A stretch of 59,664 nt of DNA from Bacteroidota bacterium. Lineage in GTDB: Bacteria; Bacteroidota; Bacteroidia; Bacteroidales; VadinHA17. Of this stretch, positions 15,055 through 23,476 are shown in pieces; the stretch's first letter is position 1, and each line of letters begins with the position of its first letter. The stretch covers positions 1-59,664 of the forward strand of contig JANXXP010000160.1 of assembly GCA_025350595.1 (NCBI GenBank), given 5' to 3'. A program made the translations under genes and the position numbers. The notes under the pieces are model-generated. The model was not told where the DNA came from. It ran no database searches and worked only from the letters and a program-made list of their open reading frames with translations.

Positions 15055-16647
15055 TTACCGGCGCACAATCAGCCAATTATAATCTTCCGGGTCAATAACA
15101 GCGTTTATAATCACAGGTTCGTTAACCGAAAGCGCTTCAATTATGGATTTTCTCATACTATTATGCGAGTCTGCCCGCATTACCTTTACTCCAAGAAATG
15201 TATCAGATTCAAAAAGATCACCATGGTACAGAACTGTTCCATATGGGGGAAGGTTTTTCCACGATTGTTTTACTTTGATCAGATTGAGCTCTCCATCGGA
15301 GAAAACAACAATTATTACCGGAAGATTATACCTTTTTGCCGTAAGTATCTCCCCGGCCATCATGAGAAAACCTCCATCGCCGGTAATACAAACCACAGTC
15401 GCCTCCGGGATATTTATCTGAGCCGCAAGTGCAGCAGGTATTCCAAATCCCATTCCCGACCATCCGTTCGTCATTATTATTCTGCTTTTGCCATGTGTTT
15501 GCCAGAATTGCCCAATCAGATGCAGGTGTGACCCGACGTCGGCAGTAAGGATGATATCCTCGGGTAGTTCTTCCTGAAGAATTTTCAGCGCAGCTGCAGG
15601 ACCAAAATGGTTTGTAAATCCATTAAATACAGAGGCCATCTCATCACGGATCCCTTTTATGAGATCGTGCTCAAATAAATGAGAATCGTTATTCAGATTT
15701 TTAAGAATGCGAAACCATTCATCCACCGGTCCGATATATTGTGTTATGGCTTTGCCTGTTGGCATATCGGTTTCTTTTACATCGAAATGTACAAGAGGCA
15801 CATCTGGCATCCACGACTCATAGTTAAATTCAACCGGATCGTACCCTATCCCTATTACCAGATCGGTTTTTTCATAAAGGTCTTCAAGATAATCGCTTAA
15901 GGAATGAAATAATACGCCTGCATAACATTGATGATCTTCAGGTATTAACCCTTTTGCCATTGGGGTTATAACGACAGGAATTTTACAATAATCAAGATAT
16001 TCCAGTATTTCATTTCGAAGATTAAGGCGGGCAGCTGTAAGTCCTATTGCAAAAATAGGATGCCTTGATTTCTCCAGCAGGGAAATTATCTTGTGTATAT
16101 CATTATGGATAAATGGGTTATCTGCTAGTATACCTGACGTTGATTCTGTATTTATTGTTATCCCGGAAATATCTGAAGGAAGTCCGATATGAATGGGACC
16201 AGGGTAGTTCTCCTGGCAAAGTCTGACAGCTGATTCCATAACTTCAGCGGCGTTTTCTGCGCTAATCCTGAATGTTGCTTTTGTAACTGGTTCAAAGAGT
16301 TTCTGATGATTGATATTCATCTGGGTTGTTCTGCCCAACATATTATCAGCCATCTCGCTGGTAAAAACGATAACAGGAGATCTGTCGAGTAACGCTCCTC
16401 CGATTCCGGTAGTAATATTTGTTGCTCCCGGACCGTATGTTGCATGACAAACTCCCGGAACACCTGTAAGTCTGGCCGTTACATCTGCCATAATCCCTGC
16501 AGCTGATTCGTTTGAAGTCAGAATGAACTCTATCCCTGCTTCTCTGAAAGCCTCAAGATATGGGATTGAAGGTCCTCCGGGGATGCCGAATACATATCTT
16601 ACCCCGCAGCTAAATAATTGATTAGCAATATATTCTGCAATTGTCAT
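15055..16647 (-). CDS. thiamine pyrophosphate-dependent enzyme (acetolactate synthase large-subunit-like)
   Basis: The 530-aa ORF has the N-terminal TPP_N pattern GIPGG...GPGATN and the C-terminal ITGDGGFLMM...SDGELN motif. Confidence 0.8.
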   Translation of the reverse strand: MTIAEYIANQLFSCGVRYVFGIPGGPSIPYLEAFREAGIEFILTSNESAAGIMADVTARLTGVPGVCHATYGPGATNITTGIGGALLDRSPVIVFTSEMADNMLGRTTQMNINHQKLFEPVTKATFRISAENAAEVMESAVRLCQENYPGPIHIGLPSDISGITINTESTSGILADNPFIHNDIHKIISLLEKSRHPIFAIGLTAARLNLRNEILEYLDYCKIPVVITPMAKGLIPEDHQCYAGVLFHSLSDYLEDLYEKTDLVIGIGYDPVEFNYESWMPDVPLVHFDVKETDMPTGKAITQYIGPVDEWFRILKNLNNDSHLFEHDLIKGIRDEMASVFNGFTNHFGPAAALKILQEELPEDIILTADVGSHLHLIGQFWQTHGKSRIIMTNGWSGMGFGIPAALAAQINIPEATVVCITGDGGFLMMAGEILTAKRYNLPVIIVVFSDGELNLIKVKQSWKNLPPYGTVLYHGDLFESDTFLGVKVMRADSHNSMRKSIIEALSVNEPVIINAVIDPEDYNWLIVRR

Positions 16648-16773
16648 TACTAACAGGTTGAATAAAACAAAACTATTAAATATTATGCAGTCCTGACATT
16701 TAAATTTAATTCAAATTCACTTACATTTAACGGAATCTTTTTTTTCTGATATTTGCAAGCAAAAATATATTAA

Positions 16774-17700
16774 TTGTACACTAAGGGAAATACTATATTT
16801 TGGGCTATAATAGCCTGTTTATTGTGGTCAACGGCTTATGCAAGTATCAAGCTCGGTTTGAAGTATGATACCCCTTTGCATTTTGCTGGTATCCGTTTTA
16901 TTATTTCAGGACTGATAATCCTGCCCTTTACTGTAAAACCTGCAATCTACATTAAGATGGTACTGGATCACTGGAAGGTAGTTGCATGGGTTTCAATCCT
17001 TCAGACTGTTATTAATTATGCGTTATTCTATCATGGACTAAATCTGGTTCCGGGGGCTCTGGGAGCAGTTATTGTAGGATGCCAGCCATTGGTAACAGCA
17101 GTGGTTGCCTCGCTTATGCATGATAATGATAAGCTGACCAGAAATAAAATTATTACAATAGTATTTGGCATATCAGGAGTGGTACTTATTAGTGCCGGAC
17201 GACAGATTCTTAAGCTTGGAACTTTATCTGAACTTCTTGGAGTATTTATGCTGCTTCTTGCCAACGCATCAGTTGCAACAAGTAATGTAGTTGTATCACT
17301 AAAAAGTAAAGGGATAAATCCATTAGTATTGAGCTCATCTTCTCTATTTCTCGGAGGTGTCATTCTTTACTTAATCTCCTTGCCAATTGAGGGTATTCCA
17401 CACGGTCCTAAACCCGCAGAGTACTGGTATATTTTATCATGGTTAAGCTTTATGGCAGCTGCGGCATTTTCATTGTGGTTTAAACTGCTTCAGCGCCCTG
17501 GAGTGAAAGTTTCCGAACTTAATCTCTGGAAGTTTATTATACCCGGGGTGGGAGCTATGTTAAGCTGGCTTCTTGTACCGAGTGAGAGACCTGAATGGCT
17601 AACAATCACCGGAATAGTAGTCATAATTGTTGCATTGCTGATGTATTATAAAAACTCCAATGAATCAGCCAAAGTGGTATCAAGTGATTTACAGTCATGA
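16774..17700 (+). CDS. DMT superfamily (EamA) transporter
   Basis: The 308-aa ORF has ten hydrophobic segments and an LWSTAYASIK start. It has a TTG start as in the track, and the start is uncertain. Confidence 0.75.
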   Translation: MYTKGNTIFWAIIACLLWSTAYASIKLGLKYDTPLHFAGIRFIISGLIILPFTVKPAIYIKMVLDHWKVVAWVSILQTVINYALFYHGLNLVPGALGAVIVGCQPLVTAVVASLMHDNDKLTRNKIITIVFGISGVVLISAGRQILKLGTLSELLGVFMLLLANASVATSNVVVSLKSKGINPLVLSSSSLFLGGVILYLISLPIEGIPHGPKPAEYWYILSWLSFMAAAAFSLWFKLLQRPGVKVSELNLWKFIIPGVGAMLSWLLVPSERPEWLTITGIVVIIVALLMYYKNSNESAKVVSSDLQS

Positions 17701-18644
17701 GGAAGCGACTCATAGCATTAAGTTTTTACATAGTCTATTGGATGGTATTTTTCATTTTTGCCAGACTGTTTTTGATTATTTTACAATTCCATAATTCTTT
17801 TCATTACAGCTTTGGGGAACTTTTGGCAACATTTGTTCATGGTTCCAAACTTGATGTTTCTACAACAGGTTATTATTTGCTTGTTCCTTTATTATTTGCC
17901 ATTCCCGGAATATATTTTAACGGTAACTGGTATAGATTTTTTCTAAGATGGTATACATATTTGATGCTTGTATTTTCTGCTATTATTGTTGTTTCTGACG
18001 CTAGTCTTTATTCCTATTGGGGTTTCAGAATGGATTATACTCCAATGCTGTATCTTAAAACTCCGGGAGAAGCACTGGCTTCCGTAGCATAATCACAAAG
18101 AATAATTTTAGTCCTGAAAATTATAATTCAAAATGGGGAGTACACGATCATGTATTATTTAAAACTCTGGAAGATTCAATGAATACAGTCACGGAACCTT
18201 TCCTGAAAGTAGTGCTTACCCTTTCGAGTCACGAGCCGTTTGAAGTCCCTATGGAGCCTGTATTTGCAGGAAATGATCAGTATACAAAATACAGAAAATC
18301 AATATATTATACTGATAAGTCATTTGGCTCTTTTCTTGATTGGGCGAAAGGAAAAGAGTGGTGGAAAAATACTCTTGTTATCATGGTTGCTGATCATTGC
18401 GCAAGGATTTATGAGGATATGCTTATTTATTCCCCTTGGTAAGGACCTGTTATCTGATAAATCAAATTCAGTCACATTTTACACTTTCAATGAAGGATTT
18501 GGTTTTATAACAGATAGTTCAAAAGTAGCATATGATCATAAACTAAGTAACTTTGTGCTTAAAGAGGGAAAAGATACTGTCGATGCCGAAAAAACAGGTA
18601 AAGCTTATCTTCAGGTATTATTTATTGATTATTTGAAAAGGTAG
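17697..18644 (+). pseudogene. LTA-synthase/sulfatase family gene remnant (internal deletions plus frameshifts)
   Basis: Frame 0 (17697..18092) gives the membrane anchor with only ~3 TM helices, then TAA. Frame 2 from ~18090 reads KNNFSPENYNSKWGVHDHVLF...PFLKVVLTLSSHEPFEVP...VIMVADHCARI, then stops at 18442. Frame 0 from ~18425 reads PLGKDLLSDKSNSVTFYTFNEGFGFI...YLKR. The locus is ~950 bp versus the ~1.9 kb expected. Confidence 0.7.
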
Positions 18645-18653
18645 GTTAAGTTC

Positions 18654-20024
18654 ATGAGTTATATTTTTACAGGTCTTTGTTATGTAAGGTTCATTTCTGC
18701 ACTTCTGGCAATTGGATTGGCATGGTTCCTTTGGAAGAGGAGAAATTCCCAGGGAGCCATTTACCTGATGGTATTTGAGGTATCCTGTGCGATCTGGGCT
18801 GTTGGCGACGCTTTCGGTGCTGCTTCCATTGATGTAATTATGAAGATGCACTGGGCCGGAATCTCATATATAGGAATTACAATAAGTGCAATAATGTTTC
18901 TGTTGTTTGCATTTGCCTATACAAATCTTACCCGTCTTCTGACCCCGAAAACGATTGCCATACTGATGGTTATTCCGGTTTTGACCAACATAATAGCTTT
19001 AACCAATCAATATCATCATCTCCTATGGTCGAGTCTTGTTATTCCCGAAGGAACCAACCTGTGTATATTTTACTATGGCCCATGGTTTTGGGTTAATGTT
19101 ATATATGAATACTCCGCACTTACTATTGGGATTTTTGTTCTGCTTATTGGCGCCTTTAAGGTTTTTTCAAATTATAAAATTCAGTTGTGGTTGTTGGTAG
19201 CAGGGACATTATTGCCATTTTTCGCTAGCATCACATACATTTTTAAACTAACACCATTTAAGGGCATCGATCCAACCTCTATTGCATTTATTATTAGTGG
19301 AGCTGTAATTGCGATAAGTCTTTACTGGTTAAGGATGTTTAATATTATGCCTACTGCCCGGAAACAGGCAATCGATAATCTGAATGACGGAATGATAATT
19401 CTGGATTCGGAAAACAGAGTAGTTGAAGCAAATCCTGCTTTCTTTAAAATTCTAAAAATGACTACCCGGGATATCATTGGAAAGCAGGTTGATATTGTTC
19501 TTTTAGAAATTGGGGTGAAGATTTGTCAGTTTTCATCTGAAAATGATTTTAATCTTGAATTTAGTTTAGGTGCTGAATCAAATCAGACTAGTTATGAAAT
19601 AAAATGCCATAAGGTAAATGATAAGAATCAACGATTGATAGGCCGGATCTTAACCTTAGCTGATATTACAACCAAAAAAATGATTCTTGATTCTATTTCA
19701 GATTCGAATAACAGGAGAAAAATAGAAATTATTGAAAAAGAAAAGCTTATTCTTGATCTTGATGCTTACGCCCGTTCTGTAGCTCACGATCTTAAGAATC
19801 CGATCTGTTCAGTTGTAGGTTTTTCGGAACTTGCCAAAGTGAGTCTTTTAGAAAACAAAAGGGATGAAGCTCTTGAGATGATAGGGGTAATTCAGAACCA
19901 GAGTGAGAAAATTGTTAAGAGAATTATCCAAAAGCTCGGAGGCGAAGTTAAGGTCGTTAGTACTAATAAGCCAGGCGAAGGGTGCGTATTCAACTTTACA
20001 CTGAAAGAAGAAGTTAATGTATAA
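18654..20024 (+). CDS. sensor histidine kinase (7TM N-terminal domain, PAS, HisKA) with most of the HATPase_c domain missing
   Basis: The 456-aa ORF has a polytopic N-terminus, a PAS-like DGMIILDSENRVVEANPAF and the H-box SVAHDLKNP at about residue 378. Only ~78 residues follow, ending in IIQKLGGEVKVVSTNKPGEGCVFNFTL (G2-box/C-terminal strand). No N-box or G1-box is visible. Confidence 0.75.
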   Translation: MSYIFTGLCYVRFISALLAIGLAWFLWKRRNSQGAIYLMVFEVSCAIWAVGDAFGAASIDVIMKMHWAGISYIGITISAIMFLLFAFAYTNLTRLLTPKTIAILMVIPVLTNIIALTNQYHHLLWSSLVIPEGTNLCIFYYGPWFWVNVIYEYSALTIGIFVLLIGAFKVFSNYKIQLWLLVAGTLLPFFASITYIFKLTPFKGIDPTSIAFIISGAVIAISLYWLRMFNIMPTARKQAIDNLNDGMIILDSENRVVEANPAFFKILKMTTRDIIGKQVDIVLLEIGVKICQFSSENDFNLEFSLGAESNQTSYEIKCHKVNDKNQRLIGRILTLADITTKKMILDSISDSNNRRKIEIIEKEKLILDLDAYARSVAHDLKNPICSVVGFSELAKVSLLENKRDEALEMIGVIQNQSEKIVKRIIQKLGGEVKVVSTNKPGEGCVFNFTLKEEVNV

Positions 20025-21369
20025 GACAAAAAAAACAGGTATTCCGGGAGTAGTTATTGTGCTGGGTATTGTCAGTCTATTCACTGATGCTGCTTCGGAA
20101 ATGATATATCCTCTTGTACCGGTTTTTGTCGCAGCACTAGGTTCTGGTGCAGTTTTACTTGGTGTGATTGAGGGTGTTGCCGAGACGACAGCATCAATGT
20201 TAAAATTGATTAGTGGAATCATTTCAGATAAAATAGGGAAGAGAAAATTGCTTGTGTTTCTGGGGTATTTAATTTCTTCATTAGTACGGCCAATAACCGG
20301 ACTGGTAGCCTCAGCCTGGGAGATAGTTATAATCAGAATGTTCGACAGGGTTGGAAAAGGGATAAGAACAGCTCCCAGGGATGCGTTGATTGCCTCTTCA
20401 GTAGATGAAAGTATAAGGGGAAGAGCATTTGGTTTTGAACGTGCCATGGATCATGTCGGAGCAGTTATTGGTCCACTGCTGGCTATATTTACCCTTTCAA
20501 TCCTGTTTATTGTTTTTAAAATCACCGATTCAGTACTTGCATTAAGATGGACCTTCATTCTCGCAATAATACCGGGAATCCTGACAGTTTTAACCCTTCT
20601 GTTTTTTGTAAAGGAAGCAGCGCCAAAAAATCTGATCGGGAAACCACTTTCATTTTCACTAAAGAGTTTTGATAAAAATTTCCGAACCTATCTGTGGATA
20701 ATGATTCTTTTTACTCTTGGAAATTCATCGGATGCTTTTTTATTGTTCAGAGTGCAGGAGGCAATACAGAAAAGCGGAGCTGTTGTGGACATTGTCAGAA
20801 GCATAACTCCTCTTCATTCCATGTTACAAAATTTTGGAAATGAAGCATCTCAGTCAAAAGTGATCAATATTCTCTTCCTACCGCTTGTCTGGGCTTTTTT
20901 CCATATTATCAAGGTAATCTTTTCAACACCAATGGGCTCGCTTTCCGATAAAATAGGGAGGAAAATTGTAATAAACATAGGATGGGGAATTTACGCCTTC
21001 GTCTATGTCTCATTCGCGCTTATTGTGTTTTTATCACCCGGATTACAGGTTGTCGCAACTTTTGTTCTGTTTGGAATATATGCCCTATTCTATGCGTTTA
21101 CCGAAGGTACTGAAAAGGCATTTGTTGCCGATCTGGTAGTGGAGGAGAAGAGGGGAACAGCCTATGGACTATTCAATTTTTCAATTGGATTAGGTGCCCT
21201 TCCTGCAAGTATTATTTTTGGATTTCTTTACAGCTATTTCGATAAGGTCATTCCCGGATACGGAGGGACTGTTGCATTTGGATTTGGGGGTACAATGGCA
21301 ATTATCTCAATGATCTTCCTTGCTATAAAAGTAAAAGAACCAACACGAGGCTCTATTTTAAATTCATAA
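20017..21369 (+). CDS. MFS transporter
   Basis: The 450-aa ORF has ~12 hydrophobic segments and SLFTDAASEMIYPLVP, GKRKLLV and FDRVGKGIRTAPRDALI. It overlaps the kinase stop by 8 nt. Confidence 0.8.
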   Translation: MYKTKKTGIPGVVIVLGIVSLFTDAASEMIYPLVPVFVAALGSGAVLLGVIEGVAETTASMLKLISGIISDKIGKRKLLVFLGYLISSLVRPITGLVASAWEIVIIRMFDRVGKGIRTAPRDALIASSVDESIRGRAFGFERAMDHVGAVIGPLLAIFTLSILFIVFKITDSVLALRWTFILAIIPGILTVLTLLFFVKEAAPKNLIGKPLSFSLKSFDKNFRTYLWIMILFTLGNSSDAFLLFRVQEAIQKSGAVVDIVRSITPLHSMLQNFGNEASQSKVINILFLPLVWAFFHIIKVIFSTPMGSLSDKIGRKIVINIGWGIYAFVYVSFALIVFLSPGLQVVATFVLFGIYALFYAFTEGTEKAFVADLVVEEKRGTAYGLFNFSIGLGALPASIIFGFLYSYFDKVIPGYGGTVAFGFGGTMAIISMIFLAIKVKEPTRGSILNS

Positions 21370-21377
21370 TTCTATTT

Positions 21378-21420
21378 TTAACCGCAAAGAACGCTATTTC
21401 TTAGCGTTCTTTGCGGTTAA
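21378..21420. terminator. perfect 19-bp hairpin (minimal copy of the MITE-like CCGCAAAG/TTAATGGATTT family); bidirectional terminator
   Basis: TTAACCGCAAAGAACGCTA (21378-21396), a tttct loop and TAGCGTTCTTTGCGGTTAA (21402-21420). It lies between the convergent MFS and deaD genes. Confidence 0.75.
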
Positions 21421-21445
21421 TGGATTTCATTTATGCGGAAAATAT

Positions 21446-23317
21446 TTATCTGCTATATTTTTTCTTATCTTTTTTTCCGATTTTGTTTTCTCTATTATAT
21501 CCTGAGCTCTTGTTTTCTGAACCTCCGTAGGATCTTCTTTCAGAACCTCCTGAACTTCTTCTTTCAGAACTTTCAGCTGTTCTTCTTTCGAAACCTCCTG
21601 AACTTCTTCTGTCAGGTTTCCTGTCAGACCATTTTGCAGGTTTCCTTTCTGAAGATCCGCCTCTTGGTCCGTCTGTTTTTGCCTGAGCAATCTCAACAGC
21701 AACTCTTCTGTCATTGAACTTTGCATCATTAAGGGCTGCAATTAAGTCGTCTGCATATGCAGGATCAACCTCAAAGAAAGAGAACGATTTTAACAGATCA
21801 ATCTTCCCGATTGGTACTTTTTTCCCTTTTGTATTGGAGTTTACAAGTTCAATAAGTTGTTCCGGGAAGAAGCCATCAGTCTTTCCAAGGTTTATGAATA
21901 ATCTTGTGTAATTTGAAGGATATTCTTCCCTGTCGCCTCCTCCTCTTCTGCCTGACGAACGTCCGCTGAATGTGCTTTCTTTTTCAGAAACAGGAGAGAT
22001 AATATCTCCGCCCATGCGGTAATCGTCAAGGAATCTGTCGAACTCGAGAGTTACTACTCTTCTAAGTAGCTCTTCTCTGTCAAGAGCAGCTAATTTCTCT
22101 TTTATTTCAGGTAAGAATTTTTCGATTTCCTGATGTTCAGCTGCCGCATTCTGAAGTTTATTTGCCCAGTTGAACAACTGTTTGCCACATATTTCAGTTC
22201 CTGTTGGAATAGCGATTGCCTTGAAAGTTTTTTTAACTCTTCTCTCAATCTGCTGAAGAATATGCTTCTCTCTCAGATGAACAAGTGAAATTGAGATTCC
22301 TGTTTTTCCTGCTCTTCCGGTACGTCCGCTTCTGTGCGTGTATACTTCAATATCGTCAGGCAGGCTGTAGTTAATAACATGCGTAAGATCGTCAACATCC
22401 AAACCTCTTGCGGCAACATCAGTAGCAACCAGAAGCTGGAGGTTTCTCACCCTGAATTTGTTCATAACAGCATCTCTCTGCGATTGCGAAAGGTCGCCAT
22501 GAAGAGCATCTGCATTATATCCGTCGTTGATAAGCTTTGAGGCTACCTCCTGTGTTTCAATACGGGTACGGCAAAATACAATTCCATAAATATCGGGTTC
22601 AAAGTCAGCAATACGTTTCAATACCTTATATTTATCTTTCGCGTGGACAAGATAATAAGCGTGGCTCACATTATCTGCCGATGAGTTTTTTGTGCCGATA
22701 GTAATCTCAACAGGTTTATTCATGTACTTCCTTGCGATAGAGGCAATTTCAGAAGACATCGTAGCTGAAAACAGCAGAGTTCTTCTTCCATCGGGAACTT
22801 CTTCAAGAATTTCATTAATACTGTCAAGGAAGCCCATATTGAGCATTTCGTCAGCTTCATCGAGAATAACCGTATGAACAGCATTTAATCTTGCTGCGCC
22901 TCTTCCGATCAGGTCAATAAGTCTTCCCGGAGTAGCAACAATAATATGTACCCCTTTTTTCAGACCTCTAATCTGGTTATCAATGCTTGCACCTCCGTAA
23001 ACAGCAAGTATTTTCAGCTTCCCGGTATATTTTGCATAATCAGTCAGATCACCGGTGATCTGCATACATAATTCGCGTGTAGGACAAAGAACCAGCGCCT
23101 GAGTGCTGATGATTTCTGTGTCTGTTGCCTGAACCAGCGGCAGGCCAAAGGCTGCTGTTTTACCGGTTCCTGTCTGGGCCAGGGCGATAATATCACCCCC
23201 ATCTCCAAGCATAAGTGGAATTACTTTTTCCTGTACAGGCATGGGTTGTTCAAATCCGAGTTCCTGAATAGCCTTCAGAATACCGGGAGTGAATCCCATT
23301 TCTTCAAAATTTATCAT
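21446..23317 (-). CDS. deaD: DEAD-box ATP-dependent RNA helicase (DeaD/CsdA-like) with DbpA-type domain and repetitive Arg/Ser/Gly tail
   Basis: The 623-aa ORF has AQTGTGKT, DEAD, SAT and HRSGRTGRAG. The tail is ...ERRSSGGFERRTAESSERRSSGGSERRSYGGSE, encoded by tandem nucleotide repeats at ~21470-21700. Confidence 0.9.
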   Translation of the reverse strand: MINFEEMGFTPGILKAIQELGFEQPMPVQEKVIPLMLGDGGDIIALAQTGTGKTAAFGLPLVQATDTEIISTQALVLCPTRELCMQITGDLTDYAKYTGKLKILAVYGGASIDNQIRGLKKGVHIIVATPGRLIDLIGRGAARLNAVHTVILDEADEMLNMGFLDSINEILEEVPDGRRTLLFSATMSSEIASIARKYMNKPVEITIGTKNSSADNVSHAYYLVHAKDKYKVLKRIADFEPDIYGIVFCRTRIETQEVASKLINDGYNADALHGDLSQSQRDAVMNKFRVRNLQLLVATDVAARGLDVDDLTHVINYSLPDDIEVYTHRSGRTGRAGKTGISISLVHLREKHILQQIERRVKKTFKAIAIPTGTEICGKQLFNWANKLQNAAAEHQEIEKFLPEIKEKLAALDREELLRRVVTLEFDRFLDDYRMGGDIISPVSEKESTFSGRSSGRRGGGDREEYPSNYTRLFINLGKTDGFFPEQLIELVNSNTKGKKVPIGKIDLLKSFSFFEVDPAYADDLIAALNDAKFNDRRVAVEIAQAKTDGPRGGSSERKPAKWSDRKPDRRSSGGFERRTAESSERRSSGGSERRSYGGSENKSSGYNRENKIGKKDKKKYSR

Positions 23318-23442
23318 TATTTATTTTTATGATGTGGTTTCGGGAGCGCGATGGATTTGTTATCCCGGCCGAAATGAACTCAAATGCAGTCTGGGCAAAA
23401 TGTATTGAACGCTTCTTGGAAATCACTTTGTTAATTAGGGCG

Positions 23443-23450
23443 CAAAGATA
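23443..23450 (-). promoter_or_regulatory. candidate -7 box TATCTTTG (minus strand) for deaD, implying a ~120-nt 5' UTR
   Basis: Plus-strand caaagata is the reverse complement of TATCTTTG, which matches TAnnTTTG. Confidence 0.35.
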
Positions 23451-23463
23451 ATCAAATTATTCA

Positions 23464-23471
23464 TACATTTG
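23464..23471 (+). promoter_or_regulatory. candidate -7 box TACATTTG for the 23477 gene (near-leaderless)
   Basis: It matches TAnnTTTG and ends 5 nt before the ATG at 23477. Confidence 0.4.
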
Positions 23472-23476
23472 TAATT

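Noticed and set aside
18179-18644. Two overlapping ORFs (18179..18442 and 18240..18644), considered as separate small genes.
   Set aside because: Both are consecutive fragments of one sulfatase-family catalytic domain in different frames, so they are pseudogene pieces.
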